Shown: positions 53,322-64,000 of the stretch, piece after piece
Layout of the letters: each line of letters begins with the position of its first letter
Position numbering within the stretch: the first letter of the stretch is position 1
Assembly: GCF_018350175.1 (NCBI RefSeq)
Contig: NC_058368.1
Coordinates: 72,666,001-72,730,000 of the forward strand
Direction of reading: 5' to 3'
Source: Felis catus
Lineage: Eukaryota
DNA: 64,000 nucleotides
The notes under the pieces: model-generated
What the model saw: only the letters and a program-made list of their open reading frames with translations
The model's database searches: none
Told to the model about the DNA's origin: nothing
Program-made: the position numbers and the translations under genes

Positions 53322-55900
53322 AAGAATCTAAACTAAAATGCAAACCAATCTTGTTTTCTTTTTTTTAAACTAGATTTTAAAGATTAACCACAGCTGTATA
53401 TAAACCCAAACGCTGCATACCTAGGGTCAAATCAGTGATTAGAACAATCACATGAAGTTAGAAAGAATGAAAGTGCTTGAAAATCTCTTCTATGATCCAC
53501 CCCACTTTGCCATTGGCCACATTCCCAATAAATTTCCACTCATGAAACCCTCACCAAAGTTGCAGATTTAACACTGTAGGTTTAAACTCATCTGTGTCAT
53601 TCTCCCTCCTCCACCAACTCCAGTCGGAAGGTACTTGTATCGCTGACTCATCAACTCATGTGAAAGGTCTCAACACTGTGCCTGCCTTTGTCATTCTGGC
53701 TAAAGAATTGCTCAGTTTTTGCAGATGCTGTCTTCAAGATCTCCCTCACTTGCTCCTTGTTCTATTTGCACTGCCAGCAGTTCTTCAGGCCCCTCATTGC
53801 CTCTCTTGGGTGGTCTTTGCACCTGCAGTGGGCCCATTCCATCCAGCAGATCAGTAAACATGCAGGGACTCTGGCCACTCACTGAACTACTCACATGCCC
53901 TGCATTGTCTTCTACTACTCCACTCCATCCCCTGTATAGCCCAGCCCAAGTCACTGTGGGCTGCCTACAAATATCCCATAATGTTCCACATTTATCCTGT
54001 CCCCTTAACCTTTCCTGTCTCTACATAAAGATGCCCCCTTGCACATCTGTGTGCACATACCCACATGCACACATCTTTGAATATTTAACTTCTTTTTCTC
54101 CTTCTGAAGTTCAGCTCCATCAATTCTTCTTCTGGGGCACTTTCTTGATACCTCAAGTGAGTTCAGATTCCTTCTTTAAACACTTGCATGGCAGCATTCT
54201 TCATGGGCATTACTTATTTTTAAAAAACTACAGCATTATTCACATTAGCCAAACATCAAAACTACTTCATTTTGAAATGTTTTTAATATATTAAAAGGTA
54301 CAGGAAATAATACAACCTAAATCTGTGTTAACCATGGAGGTTAATAAATGTTACTATTTTGCTTTATAATTCGTTATTTGAATTTCACATTTATTTGTGC
54401 AATTATGTGATTGATGTCTATCTCCAAACTGTAGTCTAAGTTTCACGAAGAAAACTGAGATGTATGATATGCTCACTGTTACATTTCCAGGGTCTAGACA
54501 AATAGGAACTGGGCAATATAGATTTCTTAAATGAATGCTGACTGGGTAATTATCTAGTCATTTCATATATTGCTAATAAGAGTGAAAATTGTAATAACAT
54601 GAAATCCAGGATGGCAGTAAAGCCTAAAAAATGACCAAAAGTTTTGACCAGGTAATTGTATTGTCCAGACTTCTAACTTAAAACTAAATCCCCAGTATTA
54701 TAAACTTTTGTGTGATGACATATGTGTATATAATATGAGCATGACCACATAAGAAATACTATCCATAGGGAAAATACATGGGAAACAACACACAAAAATG
54801 TGAAATATAAATATATTTTGCTGGTTCCTATATGTTTTTCAACACTTTATTATTTTAAAAATCTCCTATAATTTTATAATGAAAATGGACATTTTTTAAT
54901 AAAACATATTAATGCCTTTTGACAAAGGATGTGTAACGATAACATTTCATACATGCTTGCAAATAATACTGAAATACATGCATGCAAATAACCTAAGTGC
55001 ATATTACTGTTGTAGATTAACTGGCTGCCCCAAATTTTCTGGAGTCCACTTATTAGTTTCTCTTCGTGCTTAGCCACATGTCCATAAAACACTCACTATG
55101 ATCCTCACTAATAAAACTAGCCATAGTGCAATATCACCGTTTATAGCATGAGGTCACTCTTTCAAATAATTAAAACAGAAGGAAACAAGCTCTTTCCTCA
55201 AAGTCCAAAAGTATGAAGACAAATATCCGTGAAAAACACAAAAGAAAACAAAACAATTTTCCTGAGAAAGCAAATCACAGCAGCTATATGTGGTCCGGCA
55301 ATGGCATGACTAAATTTCTCGATCTGCCATGTAGAGGACAACATAACCCTCCATGTTTTCTCTCTATAGCAAGACTCAACTTCAGCCTAAAACGTGCTGG
55401 ACAGCTCACTTATACGTATTATTTCATGATTCTGTGAGGGAAACATTGACAGGAAAGACCAAAAGTATCTCACATGACTTCCAGAATGGACAAGAACCAG
55501 TCTGGGCAGCTGCAACAGGAGTACAAGTCTGAAAAAGAGCATCCATCACGGGCTGCCTCTCTCCCAAAAAGAAAGGAAAGGCAATGCAATGTAGCATGTG
55601 AAGACCCAGTATTAGAACTTCCTGTTTGATTGTCATCCCCAAAACTGAGAAAGAAATTAAGCTTTGCTAATAGTTTACATGGATTGACTTTGGAGTCTTC
55701 AGGTTCACATGTCATATGAGGTCCTTGAAGTACCTGAGGCAGGTTCAGGGCATTCTCTAGTTCTGAGGGACTGGCACAGTGTCCTGGCTGTCAGTCATTG
55801 TTCCCAATAAGTGCTCTGCAAAATGCAGAAGTTTATGTCTTCTTGGTTAAGTAGACTTATAAGTTCTATTATCTAGTTTAACTAAAGTTAAGATATTTTA

Positions 55901-56112
55901 ATTTTTTTTCAACGTTTATTTATTTTGGGGACAGAGAGAGACAGAGCATGAACGGAGGAGGGGCAGAGAGAGAGGGAGACACAGAATCAGAAACAGGCTC
56001 CAGGCTCCGAGCCATCAGCCCAGAGCCGGACGCGGGGCTCGAACTCACGGACCGTGAGATCGTGACCTGGCTGAAGTCAGACGCTTAACCGACTGCGCCA
56101 CCCAGGCGCCCC
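55901..56112 (-). mobile_element. Young feline Can-SINE (SINEC_Fc-like)
   Basis: Perfect 18-bp TSD taaagttaagatatttta (55883-55900 / 56113-56130). Confidence 0.95.
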
Positions 56113-56338
56113 TAAAGTTAAGATATTTTAGGGAAAAAATCTGACAGAGATAATATGGATTAATAGTGATACTCAAAGAAAAAAAAAATCTAACGCCAAG
56201 AAAACAGCAAAGATGACAATTCCTTCACAAGGATTATGTGGTTGAAAACAAGTCCACAAATGAGTAACGGAGCAATGACGACCTACCTATTCATATCTAA
56301 CATGAAGTCAGTCAAAAGTATTTGAAAACGTTAAGAAT

Positions 56339-56573
56339 GGGGCGCCTGGGTGGCGCAGTCGGTTAAGCGTCCGACTATCAGCCAGGTCACGATCTCGCGG
56401 TCCGTGAGTTCGAGCCCCGCGTCCGGCTCTGGGCTGATGGCTCGGAGCCTGGAGCCTGTTTCCGATTCTGTGTCTCCCTCTCTCTCTGCCCCTCCCCCGT
56501 TCATGCTCTGTCTCTCTCTGTCCCAAAAATAAATAAATGTTGAAAAAAAAAAGTTTAAAAAAAAAAAAGAAAA
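56339..56573 (+). mobile_element. Young feline Can-SINE (SINEC_Fc-like)
   Basis: Perfect 15-bp TSD gaaaacgttaagaat (56324-56338 / 56574-56588). Confidence 0.95.
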
Positions 56574-59500
56574 GAAAACGTTAAGAATACATCTACTATG
56601 ATAAAAACAGAACATCACCCCAAATTAATAGTATGCTTGAATATAAACAGTGAAAATATTACATGTGTTAAACAAGCTTATATTGATGAACATTCTCATT
56701 TGTTTTTCATAAAAATAACAGGATAAGAAGGTTTGGTGACATTCTTCTAGTGAATGTTAAAAATAAGCTCTACAAGAATGAGGATTTTGTTTTCAGTACT
56801 GATATATCTGAAACCCCTACAAACTCGACTCTCAATAATTGAAGGAAAATAAATATCTGAAATCCCACACTTACATTTTACCTAGCCATGTAAAAAATGC
56901 AAAAATAGTTTTCAATTCATAAGACTGTTAGAGTTCTTTATTGTCTTCTAAGATACACATTCAGAATATTTACTCTGCGTAGGAAAATATGAAAACTTTG
57001 TTTTAATTATCCTTTTTTCCTTCTGTTTTCTTTTTTTAAATACTGACTGTGCTTGCACATCTTACTAAAAATGTTTTGAGGATACTCCTTGTTTGAAACT
57101 CTGTACTAACTATGCTCTCTGACATTAATTAAAGTAGAAATAATGAAAGCTAATGTGCATATATTTCAAAAAAATGTTTCATAATATATTAGCCTCAATA
57201 CTCAGAACTGAGAGAAATGCAAAGCAGTTCAAGTGCCTTCAGGTACAGGAAAAAAAATATTCAACATTTTAAATGAAAACAATCACTCTCTCAGAAGTGA
57301 GTTCATTTAAATCAATCACTGTCACAAAAATTGTTTTCACGCAATGTGCAGACTGACAAAAGAGAAATCAGGATAATCCTTAGAATGATGGATATATTTG
57401 TAATCATTATTTAAATTGAAAAATGCACAATATGGCATGTGTTTTTACATAGAAAATATAAAAATGTATATACATCACACATACCATGTTTGTTTACACA
57501 TAAATTTCGGTACTAGTTGGTTATCAGTGCAGGTTCTTAAATGTCACTTCTCTATTAGCTATGGAAAAATCACATGTTTTTTTATAGGGTAAAAAGCAAC
57601 TTTTGGAATAGACATTTTTGTGGCAGATCTAATTAGATTTTGGCACGCTTAGTAGCAGAAAATAGCATTGTGAATAATTTACCCAAAGCCATAAATTATC
57701 ATATAATTCAGCCATAAAAATAAACCATGTTCAAGAGCTCTTCCAAAGGGCTGAGGGAAAAAGGTGCGGTAGGGACATTAGAAAAGTGATAAATAAACTA
57801 AAGGTATGTGAAAACCTGCTATGTTTTTGATAATTCCTTAGGATGGCATTCAATCAATTTCCTCTGGAAATTGCCCCCATGTTACCCGCAGGGCCCAGCC
57901 TCTAAGAATCCTGTGTCAGCTACTTCCGAATGGTTGCCTGATCGCCACCCCAATTCAATGCATTACTATGTCTGTTCAATTTTAACTGCTGATTCTACAG
58001 CCTATAACAGGCTCTCCACCTCTGCCTACCAGAATCTTTTGCCTGCAGGCACTAGAGACAGAACCTTGCATAAAAAAAAAATAGTTCCTGCCCTCAAAGA
58101 GCTTGCTGTCTACTGAGGGGGGTAAGGGAAATGTATAATATGGTTCCATGCCAATTAGTCATGTGTGAAATTATTGGGTTTATATGTCTTCCTGTCCTGC
58201 AAGTACATTATAAACCCCTTGATAATTTGTATCATCTGTTATTCAAAGTAGCCTATCACTATTCTTTGCACAGAGTAGCTGTTCAACAAATATTTAATGA
58301 CTGAATTTATTTCATTAGTCTTTAAAAAGAATTTATATATAAACCCTAAATGGCATTCGAGGCAAGATGCATTTTTTATATCTTAGTTAAGAATTGAAGG
58401 AGCAGAGCATGCTTGAGATAAATGTGGGTTTTGAAATGGAAATTCTAATAATTAAAAAAAAATTCCAAAACAATTTGAGCCAAAAAAAAAAAAAATCCCT
58501 CTTAGTAGTGTACATTAAGGAAACAACAGTGGGTAGAGCATCTTCTTGGGGAATACACTTGAGAAGATGACTAAACGGAAGGCAGGCCATAATATCTTGC
58601 TTAATATGTGACCCTCAACTCCAAGGAGCATACAGAAATAAGAGTAATTCTTGGGATTCCTAATGCAGGGTTGAACTATCACTAGCTTTGTGAATATCCA
58701 GTGTCTACAAGCTCCACAAGGGAACACATCTCTGGATCTCAGTTAAAAGTATCTTCTTCCAATACTATTTTCCATTGAGGTTCTCTAATTGCAAGATTCT
58801 AACATATTAGAAACACACTGGAGGTCCTATGACCCCAACATAATTTGGAATTGAACAATAAAATGGCCAAACATTGAATCTACTGTTTCCCTTTATTTAT
58901 TCATCACTTACAAAGATAAATAATGATAAAATACATGTGTTTTGGTTTGCTAACATATTCCTTATAAATTTTAATTATATATTTAAAAATAAATTATAAA
59001 TGTTAATTATGTAATTGCAAAAGATAATATAAAATATTCTTGTACATATTTAAGAACGAAAAATGTGTGTCCTTCAGTGACAACAAGTAGGGTTCAAGTC
59101 AGTCATTATTATTGTTACATCTAAAGAAAGCTTTGCTGATAATATATTCTGTCAAGGATTCCTAATTTATCAATTATTTCATTTCCCCCTGGCCAGAAAA
59201 CATACACGCAAATGCAAAGAAGTGGTATGCTCTGTCTCGTTCAGTGTTGATGTGTCACTCTGTGTGGAGTCTGAAACACTTACAAATATGAACACATCAT
59301 TCATGTTCAAATTCTTCATCAATGACATCAAATACTAAAAGAAACTTAACAATATTTTGACGATATTTTATAGCAATTTCCTTACATTAGCCTAGGTATC
59401 AGAAATGACCATGCTGCTGGCTTACTGAGGACATAATATTTCCTAGATTGCCAAGCAAATAACTAAGCATTTTACTTAAAATTTCAAATGCTATTGTCAT

Positions 59501-59902
59501 AGGAAGAGTGGAATCTGAGATATTTAAGGTTAGTTGCTACCTAAATAATATTTATTTTTTTAACTCTATACATTTTGGTATTTGTGTTCTTACTGCTGCT
59601 TTCAGACAAGTATCTCAAAGGAGTGTTCAAAATCTTAGCAATATATTTTCAATAAGCACACAATACTATGTATTTCTAGTTAAATTACTAGAATATTCCA
59701 TGCTTATTCAACCAGCCTCTAAATGTTCAATGATAACTCTTCTTTCCATTTCTTCATTACAGGATTTTTTTAAATTAAGAAAACCACTATTGGCAATAAC
59801 TACTACAAACCTCTTTGAAATTCTGAAAGGAAGCTGTGCCATCTTGAAATACTCACAATTTGGAAATTAAACTTGTGATACTTTTTTTTCACAGTGTGGC
59901 AT

Positions 59903-59904
<2 letters not shown>

Positions 59905-59933
<29 letters not shown>
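59905..59933. repeat. (CA)n microsatellite
   Basis: Direct reading of the AC run. Confidence 0.9.
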
Positions 59934-59934
<1 letters not shown>

Positions 59935-60299
59935 GTAGCAAAGTGTGGGACCACTTTGCCACTTAAGTGATCAAAACGACATTCTTTGACTTTGATAATC
60001 TTTTCGCTTCTTGCAGCTCATCCAAAAAGCCTTTTTATACTTATTATAAGATAAAACATAATCGCATATTATAAATATTAATCATGCCTCTCTTTATGTC
60101 CTTCATAAAGTTTGAGGTTAATCAAATATAACTGAATGGCTTGAGTAACAAGAGTAGTATTAACACTTGCTAATATTTTATATTCAAATACTATTACAAT
60201 AAACAAATTTTGGTGTGGAAATATGAGTGAAAAAGAATGTGAATGTTATATGAACTATATGGCATAATCTGAGAGAGTTTCATAATTATGCAGACTTTC

Positions 60300-62150
60300 T
60301 TTAAAAAGTGATTTCTACATCTAACCAAGATAGAGTAACAGGGACCAGAAGTACTCTTTCACAGGAAACAATAAAAAAATCACAAATTGAATTTTGCAAG
60401 ACACTGGACATCAGGAAATGAAAAACAGTAGTCCCTGAGTGATGGTAAAGAAATAAGGTGAGTCCTACTATTTCCTGAGAGAGATTCCAGGGCATGGAGA
60501 AGGGCAGGGAGCCCAGTGGACTTCCTAAATTGAGGAAATTGAACTTAAAGTCCAGAGAGACCAAAGTAGATGGCATACAGTAGATTGGGAAAGAGAGAGC
60601 TGCTGAAAGAGAGAACATCTAAGATCTGCAGAGGGTTCCTGTGAGTATTCAGCTTTGCACTGATCTACAGTTTATGTGGGGAAACCATCCCTAATTGGGG
60701 AAAACCATCTGAGAGGATTAGAGGGAACACTGCCTCAAAAACACACAGGACTGTAAACACTACCTGTTCCCACTAGTCAGGCCGGAAAAATTCATAATTC
60801 ATGGGAATTGAGCAGAGTATAAATAGGGTTTTACTTCAATAGGGAGAAAAATTAACCGTAGTCTGAGTCCTGCATTAGTCTCACCTAAAAAATCCTAAAA
60901 ACAAGTACGAAAGAGTATACCATTTCAAAGGAAATTAACTGCATCCCAGAATAAGCTCAAGAATATTTATAGGAATACAAAAATTTTGAGCACTCAATAA
61001 AGTAAAATTAAAAATATTTGGAATCCAATAAAAAATTACCAAGCATGCAAAGAAACACAGAGATTTCACCTGTAACAAGGGGAAAAATCAAACTGAACTA
61101 GAACATCCTCAGATGTTAGAATATTAGAAAAGGACATGAGGTCATTATAACTGTATTGCATAATTCAAAAATTAAGTAGAGACACAGAAGACACAAAAAG
61201 GGCCCCAAATGAACTTCTATTGATGAAAGGCACAAGTTGTGAAATGAAAAACAAAAACATTGGTTGTGTTTAATTGTGGATTCGGAATTGCAGAAATAAA
61301 AGGGTAAACTTGAAGACATAACAATAAAAATGGTTCCAAATGAAACCCACAGAGAAAAAATAATTAAACAAATAAACAGAGCCTTAGTTGTGTGATAACT
61401 TGAAGCAACAAGAGGCATGTTTAACTGAAGTCTCCAGAAGAGATTATCAACAGGACAAGAAGGAAAAAGATTTGAAGAAATAATGGCTGAAAAACTTCCA
61501 AATTGGTAAAATGTATCCAATATCCAAATAGCTTAACAAATTCTAAAGACAGGAAATATGACAAAAACTACATCAAGACACATCTTACTGGCAGTACTCA
61601 AAACCAGTGATGGAGAAACAATCTCTTCCCCCCACCCCCGCCCCGCCCCAGTAAGGAAAAACACATTACATAGAGAAATAAAGACAAGAAAGACAGCTGA
61701 TATTTTGTTTGTAACAGTTCAAGCAAGAAAACAATGTAGCAACATCTTTAATGCACTGAGAGAAATATTTTAAAACTCTAAAATAGTGAACATATCTTTA
61801 AAAAATAAAGGTAAAATAAAGAAATTTTTAGACACACAGAAAAGAAAGAGTATACCATCAGAAGGATTCCATTACAAGAAATGTTGAGGGAAGGTACTCA
61901 GAGACAAAGAAAATGATATCAGAGAGCAATATGTATCTAATCTAAGAAAATGAGCACTGGTGATAGTAAGTACACAGGTCAAGACATACATTTTTTGTTA
62001 TTTATATCTCTTTAAATGATAATTGACCATTTAGGCAAAAATCATAATGCAATGTGGGGTTTATAACGTGTAAAAGTGAAACATAAGATGGCAATAGTAT
62101 AAATACCAGGAAAGGAAAATAGAAATATGCTACACACACTTAAATATATA
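60300..62150 (+). mobile_element. Ancient L1 5' region / ORF1 remnant
   Basis: gatttgaagaaataatggctgaaaaacttccaaatt, aaaactacatcaagacacatc and caagcaagaaaacaatgtagcaacatctttaatgcactgagag are degenerate L1 ORF1 motifs. Boundaries approximate. Confidence 0.7.
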
Positions 62151-62167
62151 TCATACATGCTATTAGA

Positions 62168-62293
62168 AAGGCCCCACATTTGGTTTAATGTTCTGCTGAT
62201 ACCATCTTGAAATTATTAATAGCTTTTTTTTTTAACAATAGGCCTTGCATTTTCATTTCGCCCTGAGCTCCTTGAATGATATACCCTGTCCTG
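62168..62293. mobile_element. MER91-like DNA transposon fragment
   Basis: ggccccacatttggtttaatgttctgctgataccatcttgaaatt...ttgcattttcatttcgccctgag...ctgtcctg. Confidence 0.45.
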
Positions 62294-63141
62294 GCCTTAG
62301 ATACAACACCAAAAGCAAGATCCACTGAAGAAAACATTGATAAACTGAACTGTATAAAAATTCAAAAACTTCCACTCCAAAATAAACTGCTAAAAGACTT
62401 TAGGACAAGTCACAGACTGGGTGAAAATATTTACATGGTTTGTGCCTCAATAAAGGCTTGTATCCACTAATATATAAAGACTTAAAACTCAATAATAAGA
62501 TAACAAGATTCCAATAAATCAAGTGCACAAAACTATAGAGAATTTTATCAGAATATTTGCAGATGAAAACAAAGTTCATGAAAAGATGCACAACATCAGT
62601 AGTCATTGGGGAAATGAAAATTAAAGCCATAGTGGGTTACAGTTACACATATTATAAGATTAAAATTCAAAAGAGTACCAGACAAATTGTTGGCAAGGAT
62701 GTGGATAAACTGGAACTCACCTACACTAATGGGAGATATAGAAATTACTCCACTGACTTTAGAAAGCTGTTTGCAGATTCTTAAAATGTTCAACATAAAC
62801 CTGCCTACATAATTCAGTCATTGCACTTGTAGATATTCACTCAATAGCAATAAAAGCTTATGTCCATTCAAACCATGTATGTGAATAGTTATTTGTAATT
62901 ATTTGTAATAGCTCCAAACTGGAAACAACCCAAATGTCTATTTAACAGATGAATGGATTAAAAAAAAAAAACAACAACACCAAAAAACAAACAAAAAAAA
63001 CCCCTGTGGAATAGCCATACAATGGAATACCACTCAGCAAAAAAAAAAAAAAAAAGGAATGAGCGATTGATAAATGCAACAAAATGGATGGATGCCAAAA
63101 TAATTGTGTTGAATAAAAGTCATATAATAATAATAAAAAAT

Positions 63142-63324
63142 GGGGGCGCCTGGGTGGCTCAGTTGGTTGAGTGCCCAACTGTTGATTTTGGCTCAGGTTA
63201 TGATTCCAGGCTCATGGGGTCACCACGGGATGCGAGCCGGGCATGGAGCCTGCTTAAGATTCTCAGTCTCTCTCCCTCTGCCCCTCTCCCGCCTGTGCTA
63301 TCTCTCTTTCTCTGAAAAAAAAAA
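63142..63324 (+). mobile_element. Can-SINE, older subfamily
   Basis: ggggcgcctgggtggctcagttggttgag head and short A tail. Confidence 0.9.
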
Positions 63325-63401
63325 TTAGGAGCACAAAGAGGCATAAGGAAATTTTGGGGTGATGGACATATTCATAATGTTGAGTGTGATTGTGGTTTCT
63401 T

Positions 63402-63620
63402 TTTTTTTCTTTTGTTTATTTATTTATTTTGAGAGAGACAGAGCATGAGCAGGGGAGGGGTTGAGAGAGAGAGGGAGAGTGGAAGAGAGGGAATCTCAAG
63501 CAGGTTCAGCACTGTCAGTTCAAAGCCTGACCTGGGACTCGAACTCACAAACGGTGAGGTCATAACGTGAGCCAAAACTAAGAGTCAGACACTCAACTGA
63601 CTGAGCCACCCAGGTGCCCC
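63402..63620 (-). mobile_element. Can-SINE, older subfamily
   Basis: Ends gagccacccaggtgcccc; diverged TSD tgattgtggtttctt / tgattatagtttctt. Confidence 0.9.
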
Positions 63621-63724
63621 ATGATTATAGTTTCTTATGTCAAACTCATAGAATTGTACACTTTAAATACGGAGAGATTATTTTACAACAATTACACCTT
63701 AGTAGAGCGATTAAAACAAAAAAC

Positions 63725-64000
63725 AAAAAGATAAAAATATATATTAATAAGGATGAAAGAGATCTCAGGGTAAAGAATCTTACAGTGGATAAAGAGGGAT
63801 TATTTCATAATGATTAAGGAGTCAGTTCATTAAGAATACATTAAAAATCCTGAATGTTTATGCACGTACTGACAGTTTCAACTACATGAAGCAAAAATCA
63901 ATGTAACTTCAAGGAGAAACAAAAAAGTATAAAATTATAGTCAGAAATTTCAACTCTGTTCTCAAAAAATTATGCAACAAATACACAGAAAATCAGTAAG
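63725..64000 (+). mobile_element. Ancient L1 ORF2 endonuclease-region remnant (continues beyond window)
   Basis: ggataaagagggattatttcataatgattaaggagtcagttcat...atcctgaatgtttatgcac...tacatgaagcaaaaa...caaggagaaa...attatagtcagaaatttcaac. Confidence 0.7.

Larger units (their letters stand above)
62294..63720 (+). mobile_element. Old L1 3' portion (ORF2 end plus 3'UTR), interrupted by two SINEs
   Basis: ttagatacaacaccaaaagca, caagtcacagactgggtgaaaatattt, gttggcaaggatgtgga, tagctccaaactggaaacaacccaaatgtc, tgtcaaactcatagaattgtacactttaaa. Confidence 0.8.
50424..64000 (-). other. FGF14: 3' part of FGF14 intron 1 (alternative first exons lie outside the window)
   Basis: Ends at the exon 2 acceptor. 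No CpG island or N-terminal FGF14 coding sequence seen. Confidence 0.8.

Noticed and set aside
53719..54294. Longest ORF in the track (191 aa, plus strand)
   Set aside because: Non-ATG start, S/P/L/C-rich composition, no recognisable domain, overlaps degenerate L2-like sequence and is antisense within an intron.
56308..56618. Recurrent ORFs such as ...DRERQSMNGGGAEREGDTESETGSRL and MAQSVKRPT... (also at 1216, 5041, 16826, 41129)
   Set aside because: They are translations of Can-SINE consensus sequence, not a gene family.
50424..64000. Orthologue of the human SCA27B (GAA)n repeat or FGF14 first exons
   Set aside because: No GAA trinucleotide tract, CpG island or N-terminal coding sequence is visible in this part of intron 1.

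Overview
Mammalian (felid) intronic DNA, not a prokaryotic or accessory region. About 22 tRNA-derived carnivore SINEs of the feline SINEC_Fc type and feline-type L1 3' ends point to Felidae (species not determinable here). The only supportable coding sequence is two internal exons of FGF14 (FHF4) on the minus strand: 50313-50423 (111 nt) and 44237-44340 (104 nt), which splice in frame with canonical AG/GT sites. The rest is FGF14 intron filled with SINEs, L1, L2, MIR, MER DNA-transposon relics, one probable LTR and simple repeats. I found no new protein-coding system. The most unexpected structure is that all 9 gene-sense SINEs sit within about 0.9 kb of an oppositely oriented copy, which predicts many dsRNA stems in a neuronal pre-mRNA, with possible editing or back-splicing of the two exons. 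Other observations are a twin-primed (5'-inverted) L1, a dup-inversion-dup repair scar, a possible frameshifting alternative acceptor, a SINE-tail (GAAA)14 repeat, a strong G-quadruplex motif and several small tandem duplications. Repeat family names come from recalled consensus sequences and need Dfam/RepeatMasker confirmation.
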